Positions 40,475 to 49,353 of a stretch of DNA of 49,763 bases are shown in pieces. The position numbers and the translations under genes are program-made. The notes below the pieces were generated by a model. The model did not search any database. It was not told where the DNA came from and worked only from the letters and a program-made list of their open reading frames with translations. How positions within the stretch are numbered: position 1 is the stretch's first letter; every line of letters begins with the position of its first letter. The DNA lies in the NCBI GenBank assembly GCA_045531755.1, contig JAZSEP010000083.1, positions 1 to 49,763 of the forward strand, given 5' to 3'. Source of the stretch: Oscillospiraceae bacterium. Lineage in GTDB: Bacteria > Bacillota > Clostridia > Oscillospirales > Ruminococcaceae.

Positions 40475-40508
40475 AACGCGGTTTCTGCAAGAGCAGAAAC
40501 CGCGTTTT
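40475..40508 (+). terminator. Rho-independent terminator of the nucleoside ABC operon
   Basis: AACGCGGTTTCTGC/GCAGAAACCGCGTT stem followed by TT(TT)G. Confidence 0.8.
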
Positions 40509-40510
40509 GC

Positions 40511-40542
40511 ACACAAAACGGGCGAGAAAATCTCGCCCGTTT
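40511..40542 (-). terminator. Rho-independent terminator of the FAD-oxidoreductase gene
   Basis: CGGGCGAGA/TCTCGCCCG stem. On the minus strand it is followed by TTTTGTGTG. Confidence 0.75.
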
Positions 40543-40544
40543 AA

Positions 40545-41711
40545 TCATTTCTCGTAATGAAGAATGATACCGTCCTCTTCAAGCATATCCTGCAATTTCT
40601 TGACCTCAAGGTCCTTTGCAGCCTTTCCGCTCTCTGCAATCATAAGAGCCGCCAAGCCTGTCGCTTGACCTGTCATTGCCGCAGGAGGAATAACCCTCGT
40701 CACTTCCCAGGTGTCACCCTCGGACGAGATGTTTCTGCCTGCCGCCAAAAGATTGTCAAGCTTTGCGGTGTAGAGAGCGCGATAGGGAATTTCGTATACG
40801 TCCTCTGCCTTTCTCCAGTCGCCCGTGCATCCGATGGAATCCTCAAAACGCGCGAACCTGTCGCCTTCGCAAAGACTGTATTCTCCGCACAATCTGCGCG
40901 TTGTTCTGAACTGAGGCATAGACGGGAAGGAAGCTATTTTCTTTCCGCCTTCTTTTATTCTTGCGAATCCGAGTGCGTGTGAAGCCTTGATAAACTCGCT
41001 CACGTCATTGACGTCCGTGCCGATATACTTTCTGCTGCCCTCGGGAAGTCCTCCGCCGGTGTTTGAACCTATCATAAACAGCTTGAGCTTCTGTCCGTCG
41101 TCCTTGTCGTCAACGTAGTAGGACCAGTAGGTGAGAAAGTTGTCCTGCTCACAGAAATCTGCGCCTGCTCTTGCGTAAACGTCGCCGTCACCCGAAGCAT
41201 CAACAACTGACTTACAGCCGTACGCCTGCCTGCCCGACTTGTTTTCGACAATAACTGCAGTAATCTTTTGACCCTCTTTCACAACACTGCAAAAGGCGGT
41301 GTCGTAAAGGATTTTAACCCCGGCCTCAACAAGCATCTCTTCCAGACGGAAAGCAAATTCGCCTGCGTTGAAATAGGTTTCGTATCTCGTAGTAGCCTTT
41401 GCAGAGGTACACCCCTTTTTCCAGACAGGGTCCATAGTACCGCCGCCGTAGCGGATAGATTCCCAGAAAAACTCCTCGGAGATTCCGCCGATGACTTTGT
41501 TGCCAAGTCCGTCACAAAGCGGAAGATATATAACAATATGGCCTGCAGTAGCAAGTCCGCCGAGCACGGTCATCTTTTCCATCAGGATAACTTTAGCCCC
41601 CCGACGAGCCGCCGCAAGAGCCGCCGCAGCACCGGCGACACCGCCGCCGACCACCGCAACGTCGTATTCGTCAATATACGGAGTAGCAAAACTTTCAGAA
41701 ATGGTTTTCAT
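40545..41711 (-). CDS. FAD-dependent oxidoreductase
   Basis: Dinucleotide-binding motif VAVVGGGVAGAAAALAAARRGAKVILMEK. ATG at 41711 follows a GAGGAGGGG RBS. Confidence 0.8.
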   Translation of the reverse strand: MKTISESFATPYIDEYDVAVVGGGVAGAAAALAAARRGAKVILMEKMTVLGGLATAGHIVIYLPLCDGLGNKVIGGISEEFFWESIRYGGGTMDPVWKKGCTSAKATTRYETYFNAGEFAFRLEEMLVEAGVKILYDTAFCSVVKEGQKITAVIVENKSGRQAYGCKSVVDASGDGDVYARAGADFCEQDNFLTYWSYYVDDKDDGQKLKLFMIGSNTGGGLPEGSRKYIGTDVNDVSEFIKASHALGFARIKEGGKKIASFPSMPQFRTTRRLCGEYSLCEGDRFARFEDSIGCTGDWRKAEDVYEIPYRALYTAKLDNLLAAGRNISSEGDTWEVTRVIPPAAMTGQATGLAALMIAESGKAAKDLEVKKLQDMLEEDGIILHYEK

Positions 41712-41831
41712 AAAACCCCTCCTCACTAAACTAATTGATATTATACAACTTTATCACCGCCTTTTCAATATCCTTTGGAATATCCGGGCTCGTTTTTGCC
41801 AAGAATCAAGCAAAGAAAATTGGAGGGAAAT

Positions 41832-42974
41832 ATGAAAAAAATACTTGTCGCATCACTTGTCTTTATCCTGCTTTTCGGCTGTGCACCCGAGCAGAGCGAA
41901 AGCTCCGATACCGCCTCTGTAAATCAGACCGAAATACAGCTCGTCTGTCAGGACGATAAAGAAAAACTCGAAAAAATTGCAAAAGCGTTTCAAAAGAAAA
42001 ACCCCGAAATAATCATCAAAACTGTAGAAATAGACAGCGATGACGATTTTTCTTCGTCGGTAAAAGCGCTTTTGTCAGGCAAAAACGCCCCCACCCTGAT
42101 ACTGACCAAAGCGGAAGATTTGTCAAATTTTAAAGAATATACGGAAGACCTTTCGGGTGAAGCGTGGGTTAATAACGCCTTTGCAAATACAATGGGCGAG
42201 GTCAGCAGGGCAGGGGAGATAACGGCAATGCCGGCTGAAATAGAGGGAATCGGCTTTTTGTACAATAAAGAGATATTTGAATATGCCAATATAAACCCCG
42301 AAAATATAAACTCCTTCGACCGCCTTGCCGAAACTGCCGAGTATCTTGCAAAGAAGATGGACGGGTTAAAAAAACAGTTTCCCGACCTTACTGCAGTTTT
42401 TGAATTGCCCGACGAAGAGGGTGAAAGGTATCTTTTGAATGCCGCTCTTTCACAGCAGTTTCAAAATAGTGCAGAGCTTCTTGAAAACACCGAAGAGCTG
42501 AAGTTTGCAGAAGGCTATAATTCTCTTTTAAAACTGCTACGGGAGTATGGGAAATCTGCCGATATCACCGAAGGAGAAGTGATTATCGCTCTGAAGAGTC
42601 ACAAATCTATCGAAGAAGGAAAATACGGCATTCTTCCTGTGTCAGTCATAGGCGCGTCACAGGACAGTATAGTGCTCAGAGTGCCTGACTTTTGGGTGAT
42701 AAATAAAAGTGCCGAAAAAAGCCAAATAAAAGCCGCAAAAAAATTCCTTTCGTGGCTGTATACCTCTGAAGAAGGACAAGCCCTCGTCGCCGACGAGCTC
42801 GAGGCTCTTTCGCCCTTCGACAGCGCCGAAAAGCTTCCCGAAAGCCCTCTTGCAGAAGACGTCAGAAAATTTGCAATAAGCGGCAAAACAATGCCGTATG
42901 TTCTGGACGGTATAGACGACGAAACCTGCATCAAGCTGAAACACACGGCAGAAAACAGCATCCCTCCTGCATAA
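41832..42974 (+). CDS. Extracellular solute-binding-protein-like lipoprotein (no adjacent permease or ATPase)
   Basis: Signal peptide with lipobox LLFGC. ABC family-1 SBP-like pattern. ATG at 41832 follows GGAGGG. Confidence 0.65.
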   Translation: MKKILVASLVFILLFGCAPEQSESSDTASVNQTEIQLVCQDDKEKLEKIAKAFQKKNPEIIIKTVEIDSDDDFSSSVKALLSGKNAPTLILTKAEDLSNFKEYTEDLSGEAWVNNAFANTMGEVSRAGEITAMPAEIEGIGFLYNKEIFEYANINPENINSFDRLAETAEYLAKKMDGLKKQFPDLTAVFELPDEEGERYLLNAALSQQFQNSAELLENTEELKFAEGYNSLLKLLREYGKSADITEGEVIIALKSHKSIEEGKYGILPVSVIGASQDSIVLRVPDFWVINKSAEKSQIKAAKKFLSWLYTSEEGQALVADELEALSPFDSAEKLPESPLAEDVRKFAISGKTMPYVLDGIDDETCIKLKHTAENSIPPA

Positions 42975-43008
42975 GATGCTAAAAGGCAAGCGCTTCTTCA
43001 AAATTATA

Positions 43009-43023
43009 TGTGCAAATTGCACA
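43009..43023. promoter_or_regulatory. 7-1-7 perfect palindrome TGTGCAA-A-TTGCACA (candidate operator)
   Basis: Read directly. Lies 45 nt upstream of the predicted -35 of the large surface-protein gene. Confidence 0.4.
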
Positions 43024-43067
43024 CAACCCACGCACAATTTTTGTTTATATTAACCCTTTGGTGTGGC

Positions 43068-43096
43068 TTGATTTTTTGTCATAAATGATATAAAAT
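43068..43096 (+). promoter_or_regulatory. Candidate sigma-A promoter for the large secreted protein gene
   Basis: TTGATT (43068-43073), 17-nt spacer, TAAAAT (43091-43096). Confidence 0.5.
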
Positions 43097-43225
43097 TATA
43101 GTGTAGATATTTGTATCTGCAGGCAGAAAGCGCAACACTCTGCTTGCTGATACTTGCCCGTGATTCAGGGCTGTAAGCCTTGCAAACGGGATGTACGAAA
43201 ATTTTTTTTAAAAGGAGATGCACAA

Positions 43226-46200
43226 ATGAGCGTCAAAAAACTTTTAGCAGGTATGCTGGCACTTGCAATGGTGTTGACAATGGCTTCCTTCCCTGCATTC
43301 GCAGCCGAAGCACCGTCAGTAAAGATCGCACCTGTCGGCGTAACTTCCCCCTATTCAGCGAAAGCCGGCTATTCGCTGAACGGAACTATCGACGGCTCCG
43401 AAGCAAGCAACTCTAATTACTTTAGAGCAAGCGTAAATATCGGCTCAACAGGCGAGAAAGGCAATGATAAAAACCTAAACTTTACCGTTGACCTTGGATT
43501 GCCTTACAACATTACAAGTTTCTATTCCGCGTTTGGTGCTAGCTATGCATCTGGCGTAGCTCTTTGGGGCTCCAACGATGGTGAAACCTTTACCGAAATT
43601 GCAGATCTCACACTTAGCGGACAGAGAAACACAAGCACTATTTCTCACGAAGGCTACTATCGTTATATTAAGGTAGACGCATATATAACATTGAATAATG
43701 ACCCTGCTTGCCTTGAGGTTACCTTCTATGGTGCAGGTGATCCCGAAGTAGCTCCTCTTTATACAATAAATTACGTTAACGCTGAAGGAACTGCTCTTGC
43801 GGATTCGAAGTACGGATATGCTTTGATTGGCAATGAAGTAACAGAAACACCAATCGCAGTTGAAGGCTACGAGATTGACGGTGCAGCTGCAACAATCACA
43901 ATTGATGCAGATCCCGCTAACAACGTAATCAACTTCGTTTATGAGAAACTGCCTCAGGTTACAGTATACTATCTTGACGATGAGGGCAATGAGGCTGCTC
44001 CTGCGAAGGTTCTTTATCTTCCCGAAGGTACGGTTGTAACCGAGAACGTTAAAGAAATCGCCGGCTATACATACGGCGGCGTTATGACTCAGGAAATCAC
44101 TGTTGTCAAGGGCGCTACAAACGCAATAGTTTTTGAAAACTATTATGCTATTCCCGAAAAAGAAACCGTTAAATTGGCAATCCCCTCTACTAACATCACA
44201 TGGGCTGGAAAAGTTTCCGATGCTTGGTGTGGCGGCGGTAATCTGGATTACTTGGTAGATGGCGACACAACATGTCCTACTGCATCAACAGGTTTCGTTT
44301 CCGGCGGTTACGGCGATACAAAGAGTACAATCACCATAGATTTGGGTGGCTTGTATAACGTAGAAGAACTTAAGCTCTATTGGGGTAACTCAAAGAAATG
44401 GGACTTCGTTCCTTCTTCAAAGTTTACAGTTTGCGTTGCAGGTACTGACGGCGTTTTCGGCGACCCCATATACAGCCTTACCAATCCTCCTCCGCTTTCC
44501 GGACAGGAGAGAAACGACACCTTGACATTTAATGGAGAAGCTGATTTTGTTCAGTACATCCAAATCACTTCTACTGCAAACTACGGCGGCAGAAGAGTTG
44601 CTCTTCGTGAAATCGAAGTTACTGCAGCTGAAAGCGTGCTTTCCACAGGTTCTGCAAGGGTAACAATTAACCACTACGACCAGCTTGGAAACGTAATTGC
44701 AGACCCCATCTTTTTGGGTGACGTACTCGGAACTTCCTACTCTCTCACTACTACAGATATCGCAGGTTACAAATACATCGGCACAGCTGATATGGACGTA
44801 ACACTCGAAGAAGCAGGAAGGAACTATGTTATAGACCTTATTTACGAGGCTATTCCTACAGTTTCCGAACTTCCTGTAGAAAACGGCATCAGCAGTACAA
44901 ATGCAACATACGTTCCCTTTGTATTCGTTACATCTACTCCTGATGATGTATCTCCTGCGGACGTATTCACAGCTAACAAATGGGTTGCTAACAACTGCAC
45001 AATCTCTTCTGTTGAAGTAGTCGCTGCAGACGACCCCAACACACTTGTATATGAGTGGCAGGTTACAGTTATCGTTGTTCCCAACAATAACAACCCCTAT
45101 TCCATCAAACTCGATCTTCCCGACGAATATGAGCTCACAGACAGCTTCACATTCTACAGAGAAGCATCGGATACACTTCTTGACTCTGCTGTAGCTACAG
45201 GCGAGACTACATTCGCATTTGATAAAGAAACGTTGATTCTCAACTATGATGAGTCTAAGGCTCTCAAGACAGAAGCAAAAGACAGAACAATCATCACTAC
45301 TATCAACGTACAGGATGTTCTTGAAACAGGACTTCCTTACAAGGGATACAATGAGGTTTCTATCGAACTCACAGGTCTTGAGTCTAACGGCGGATTGCTC
45401 AAGTTCAAGGTTGAAGATTTCGTACATCTCGGCGATGGCGAATATATAGGTTCTATAGTTGCAACAAAGGCCGGCGTTGACAGACTCCAGGCTACAGTTA
45501 CACTTTACGGTATCGCATCTGACGGTTCCAAGGTTGCTCTCGACGAGGCAACACTTTTCTCGGGCGTTCTTGAATTTACAGCTAAGTATCCTGCAGAAAA
45601 GACTGATGCAGAAAGAGTAAAGGATTATTCTTGTCCTATCGATATCCTTGATCAGCTCTTTGATCAGGTTCATCCTTTCGACCTTCCCACATTCTCAGAT
45701 TCTGAATGGGATTTCTATGTAGAAATTCTCAAGGCACGCGGCGTTGATGAAACTGCTGCTCAGCAGGAAATCGACAGACTTAAAACAAGAATCGAAGAAC
45801 TTCAGGCAGAAGCATCTGATCCTAATTGGGTAGCTCCCGATTATCCGGATAACGTCTTCATTTACAACGGTCGTTGGAAGTGGAAGACAGTTGATGCAGA
45901 TGGTAATGCGATAGAGCCTGCTCAGAAACTTGGCGATGACTTTACTGACCCCAACCAGTATGAAATCCTTGCAAGAGTCAGCACAAAGACCTGGAATATG
46001 CTCAAGGACTTCCACATTGAATCCTTCTCTTTGAAAGGTAAGTTGGAGTTGCCGAATGAAAGCGTTACGAATAAGTATACTCCCGAGGGTGAGATAGACG
46101 ACGCATACGTTACCTTCCGTAAGGGCGTTGACTATGATTACACTAACTTTGCTGACGGCGATGGCTTTATGATCCAGGTTAAGACCATCGGTACTCAGCG

Positions 46201-46621
46201 TGCTGATTACGGGAAGATCAACTTCGGTAAAGCATACAACGCAATCCGTAGAGCTCTCAACGACGATCAGTTGGCTCCCGTTATTTTCCGTGTTGACTGG
46301 TCCGAGTGGGCTAGATACCCCTTCAAGGGCGGTGTCATCACAGTTAAGCTCACAAAAGACTGGATAGACAACTACGGTCTCTTCAATCTCTCTTCTTATA
46401 GCATGAAGGGATACAGCTACGGTCAGGACAATGATCCTACCCTCACCCTTGTTGAAGAAAACTTCTGTGTTGCTAATCCTGTAACAAGGGAAGTAAGCGT
46501 TACCTTCAAGGGCGCTGCTAAGCTCTACGATTCCTATGCAATCGTAAGCACAAACAAGCTCCCCTCCGAGCTTCCCGAAACAATCGGCACATACTATGAT
46601 TTGCCCGCAGACGCTGAATAA
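43226..46621 (+). CDS. Large secreted multidomain glycan-binding/adhesin-like protein (2 CBM32/discoidin-like domains, 3 MucBP-like domains, and an unknown ~590-aa C-terminal region)
   Basis: ATG at 43226 is 8 nt after AAAGGAG. Signal peptide ends AFA|AEAP. F5/8-type-C-like blocks (IDGSEASNSNYF...VDLG...SNDGETFTEI and VDGDTT...IDLGG...GTDGVF). Three MucBP-like repeats (YTINYVNAEG..., VTVYYLDDEGN..., VTINHYDQLGN...). Confidence 0.8.
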   Translation: MSVKKLLAGMLALAMVLTMASFPAFAAEAPSVKIAPVGVTSPYSAKAGYSLNGTIDGSEASNSNYFRASVNIGSTGEKGNDKNLNFTVDLGLPYNITSFYSAFGASYASGVALWGSNDGETFTEIADLTLSGQRNTSTISHEGYYRYIKVDAYITLNNDPACLEVTFYGAGDPEVAPLYTINYVNAEGTALADSKYGYALIGNEVTETPIAVEGYEIDGAAATITIDADPANNVINFVYEKLPQVTVYYLDDEGNEAAPAKVLYLPEGTVVTENVKEIAGYTYGGVMTQEITVVKGATNAIVFENYYAIPEKETVKLAIPSTNITWAGKVSDAWCGGGNLDYLVDGDTTCPTASTGFVSGGYGDTKSTITIDLGGLYNVEELKLYWGNSKKWDFVPSSKFTVCVAGTDGVFGDPIYSLTNPPPLSGQERNDTLTFNGEADFVQYIQITSTANYGGRRVALREIEVTAAESVLSTGSARVTINHYDQLGNVIADPIFLGDVLGTSYSLTTTDIAGYKYIGTADMDVTLEEAGRNYVIDLIYEAIPTVSELPVENGISSTNATYVPFVFVTSTPDDVSPADVFTANKWVANNCTISSVEVVAADDPNTLVYEWQVTVIVVPNNNNPYSIKLDLPDEYELTDSFTFYREASDTLLDSAVATGETTFAFDKETLILNYDESKALKTEAKDRTIITTINVQDVLETGLPYKGYNEVSIELTGLESNGGLLKFKVEDFVHLGDGEYIGSIVATKAGVDRLQATVTLYGIASDGSKVALDEATLFSGVLEFTAKYPAEKTDAERVKDYSCPIDILDQLFDQVHPFDLPTFSDSEWDFYVEILKARGVDETAAQQEIDRLKTRIEELQAEASDPNWVAPDYPDNVFIYNGRWKWKTVDADGNAIEPAQKLGDDFTDPNQYEILARVSTKTWNMLKDFHIESFSLKGKLELPNESVTNKYTPEGEIDDAYVTFRKGVDYDYTNFADGDGFMIQVKTIGTQRADYGKINFGKAYNAIRRALNDDQLAPVIFRVDWSEWARYPFKGGVITVKLTKDWIDNYGLFNLSSYSMKGYSYGQDNDPTLTLVEENFCVANPVTREVSVTFKGAAKLYDSYAIVSTNKLPSELPETIGTYYDLPADAE

Positions 46622-46629
46622 TTAACAAC

Positions 46630-46662
46630 AAAACGAGCAGTCGAAAGACTGCTCGTTTTTTC
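46630..46662 (+). terminator. Rho-independent terminator of the large protein gene
   Basis: AAAACGAGCAGTC/GACTGCTCGTTTT stem followed by a T-run. Confidence 0.85.
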
Positions 46663-46729
46663 TGCTTTTGTGTTAAATGCGCGCGTTTTTGCAAACTTGA
46701 AAGATGAATAAAAGACGAGAAAAAGCTGA

Positions 46730-46772
46730 AGAAACAAAACAAAAACCGCGCCAACAAAACGTTGGCGCGGTT
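46730..46772 (-). terminator. Rho-independent terminator of glgP
   Basis: AACCGCGCCAAC/GTTGGCGCGGTT stem. On the minus strand it is followed by TTTTTGTTTTG. Confidence 0.85.
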
Positions 46773-46787
46773 ATAGCTTTTAACTTA

Positions 46788-49175
46788 TCAACAATACCAG
46801 ATGTTGTCGGCATACTCCTTGATAGCGCGGTCAGCCGAGAAGAAATAGGACTTCGCGGTGTTAACCATCGACATCTTCTGCCACAAATTAGTGTCGGCAT
46901 AAAGCTCTGCGGATTTTCTGCGTGTATCAGCATAGCTGTCAAAATCAGCCAACGCCATATAGTAGTCGGAGCTCTTGAGCATTCCTGCGATATCTCTAAA
47001 ATCCTCGCCTGCAATGCCGTGATCGAGCATCTTGATGACGTTTGCGATAACCGCATTGTTTCTGATAATTTCAGAAGGATTGTATCCGCTTGCTCTCAGC
47101 GCGTCAACCTCGTGCGCCTTCATACCAAACAGGAGGATGTTGTCGGCGCCAACCTGCTCAAAAATCTCAACGTTAGCTCCGTCAAGAGTGCCGAGCGTGA
47201 TAGCACCGTTGAGCATCAGCTTCATATTACCTGTACCCGAAGCCTCTGTACCTGCAAGGGAAATCTGTTCGGAAATGTCAGCCGCAGGCATCAAAAGCTC
47301 GGACAGCGTGACGTTGTAGTCCTCAAGGTATACAACCTTAATCATACTGCTGATTCGCTTGTCGGCCTCAATAAGCTTTCCGATGTGGTGAATCATCTTT
47401 ATGATGCGCTTCGCAAGGAAGTATCCGGGAGCCGCCTTTGCGCCGAAAATGTAGGTTCTCGGCTGGATTGTAGCGTTTGGATTCTCCTTGAGATAGTTGT
47501 AGGTTGCGATAATCTCAAGCGCATTCATATGCTGACGCTTGTATTCGTGAAGTCGTTTAACCTGAACGTCGAAGATGGAGTTTACGTCAACTTCAATGCC
47601 GTTCTTCTTTTTGATGTATTTTGCAAGAGCTTTTTTGCTCTCAAGCTTTGCCTTGGCCCAAGCTTCGAGCGCAGAAGTGTCATCGGCATACTTCATAAGC
47701 TTTTCAAGCTTCGAAAGGTCACCCACGAAATCCTTGCCGATGAGGTCGGAGATAAGATTTGTGAGCGCAGGATTGGACTGATACAGCCATCTTCTCGAAG
47801 CAATACCGTTTGTAACGTTGGTGAATTTCTTCGGGTCGTGGGTATAGAAATCGTTGAACAACGAATCCTTGAGAATCTGTGAGTGAAGCGCCGAAACGCC
47901 GTTTACACTGTGAGAACCGATGACCGAAAGATTAGCCATTCTGAGCTGATGGTTGTAGACGATAGACATTCTGCTTGTCTTCTCTGAATCGCCGCATCTG
48001 TCAAAAACCTCACCGGTGAATCTGCGGTTGATTTCACAAACGATTTGATAGATTCTCGGCAGAAGTCTTTTGAACATATCCTCGTTCCAAACCTCAAGAG
48101 CCTCTTTCATAACCGTGTGGTTGGTGTATGCAAAGGTGTGGTAAACGATGTACCAAGCCTCGTCCCAGCTGTATCCGCACTCGTCCAAAAGCACTCTCAT
48201 AAGCTCAGGTACTGCAAGAGCAGGGTGGGTGTCGTTGGTGTGGATAGCAACCTTCTCGTGAAGGTTTGTGAGTGTGGAATAGGTGTCGAGATGCGTAGCA
48301 ACAATGTCCGCAATTGACGCGCTGACAAGGAAGTACTGCTGCTTCAGACGAAGCTCCTTTCCTTGTGCGTGGTTGTCGTTAGGATAGAGAATCTTGCTGA
48401 TAGCTGCAGCGTCGGAATTGAGGGAAAGCGCGTTTCTGTAGTCGCCCTTGTTGAAGAGCTCCATATCAATTCCCGAACTTTCGGACTTGTACAGACGCAA
48501 AAGGCTGATGCCCTTTCCGCCCCAACCGGAAACGTACATATCATACGGTACGGCGTTTACGGTATAGTAGTTTTGATGCTCGAGCAGATGGTAGTTGTTC
48601 TCCCAGGTTTCCTTTATTTCACCGCCAAAACGAACCTGAACGGCTCTGTCCTCACGGCGCTCGAGCCAAACCTCGCCGCCGGGGAGCCAATCGTCTGCAA
48701 GCTCGGTCTGCCAGCCGTCGATAATCTTCTGACGGAAGATTCCGTACTCGTAGCAGATGCTGTATCCCGTAGCAGGAATTTCAAGTGAAGCAAGAGAATC
48801 GAGATAACAAGCGGCAAGTCTTCCAAGACCGCCGTTGCCGAGACCTGCGTCAGGCTCGCAGTCATAGATGTCCTGAATGTCGACTCCCATATCCTTCAAA
48901 ACACCGATAACCTGATTGTGAATACCGAGGTTATAGATGCTGTTCTTGAGAGAACGACCCATAAGGAATTCCATGCTCAGATAATATACTTTTTTGTTTC
49001 CGTGACTCGTTTTGTCGGAAACAAACTTTTTGTGCTGTTCACGGAGCAGATTTTTAACCACCTCAGCGGTGGCCTTGTAGATGAGCTCATTAGAAGCGTT
49101 AGAGGGCTTAACTTCATATTCTTTGTCAAGAATTTCGACAAGCTCTTTTCTAAACTGTTCTTTAGTCATTAACAT
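46788..49175 (-). CDS. glgP: Glycogen/maltodextrin phosphorylase (GT35)
   Basis: 795 aa. PLP-lysine signature EASGTGNMKLMLNGA. N-terminal YLSMEFLMGR and LGNGGLGRLAAC motifs. Confidence 0.96.
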   Translation of the reverse strand: MLMTKEQFRKELVEILDKEYEVKPSNASNELIYKATAEVVKNLLREQHKKFVSDKTSHGNKKVYYLSMEFLMGRSLKNSIYNLGIHNQVIGVLKDMGVDIQDIYDCEPDAGLGNGGLGRLAACYLDSLASLEIPATGYSICYEYGIFRQKIIDGWQTELADDWLPGGEVWLERREDRAVQVRFGGEIKETWENNYHLLEHQNYYTVNAVPYDMYVSGWGGKGISLLRLYKSESSGIDMELFNKGDYRNALSLNSDAAAISKILYPNDNHAQGKELRLKQQYFLVSASIADIVATHLDTYSTLTNLHEKVAIHTNDTHPALAVPELMRVLLDECGYSWDEAWYIVYHTFAYTNHTVMKEALEVWNEDMFKRLLPRIYQIVCEINRRFTGEVFDRCGDSEKTSRMSIVYNHQLRMANLSVIGSHSVNGVSALHSQILKDSLFNDFYTHDPKKFTNVTNGIASRRWLYQSNPALTNLISDLIGKDFVGDLSKLEKLMKYADDTSALEAWAKAKLESKKALAKYIKKKNGIEVDVNSIFDVQVKRLHEYKRQHMNALEIIATYNYLKENPNATIQPRTYIFGAKAAPGYFLAKRIIKMIHHIGKLIEADKRISSMIKVVYLEDYNVTLSELLMPAADISEQISLAGTEASGTGNMKLMLNGAITLGTLDGANVEIFEQVGADNILLFGMKAHEVDALRASGYNPSEIIRNNAVIANVIKMLDHGIAGEDFRDIAGMLKSSDYYMALADFDSYADTRRKSAELYADTNLWQKMSMVNTAKSYFFSADRAIKEYADNIWYC

Positions 49176-49312
49176 TGTATCTATCCCTTTCGAAAGGAGT
49201 TTTCAATCTATATTATTATACTATATTTTTCTAAAAGTATCAACTAAAATATTTTAACCAAAATACACATAAAAAAACCGCTTTATTTGTGACCTTTTTT
49301 CAGTTTTAGGTG

Positions 49313-49341
49313 TTTACAAAAGAAATAAAAAATGATAAAAT
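49313..49341 (+). promoter_or_regulatory. Candidate sigma-A promoter for the pyruvate:ferredoxin oxidoreductase gene
   Basis: TTTACA (49313-49318), 17-nt spacer, TGa-TAAAAT (49336-49341). Confidence 0.5.
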
Positions 49342-49353
49342 ATAAGGTGGTAA

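Noticed and set aside
42981-42999. AAGCGCTT palindrome just after the SBP stop as a terminator
   Set aside because: It is an 8-nt self-complementary sequence with no loop and no U-tract, so it cannot form a meaningful hairpin. It is probably chance.
44417-45673. 418-aa minus-strand ORF inside the large surface-protein gene
   Set aside because: Antisense shadow ORF with Cys-rich nonsense-like composition. The sense frame has clear domain repeats, a signal peptide and an RBS.
46704-47882. 392-aa ORF on the plus strand inside glgP
   Set aside because: Antisense shadow of a strongly supported glycogen phosphorylase gene. Its start lies in the terminator region and it has no motifs.
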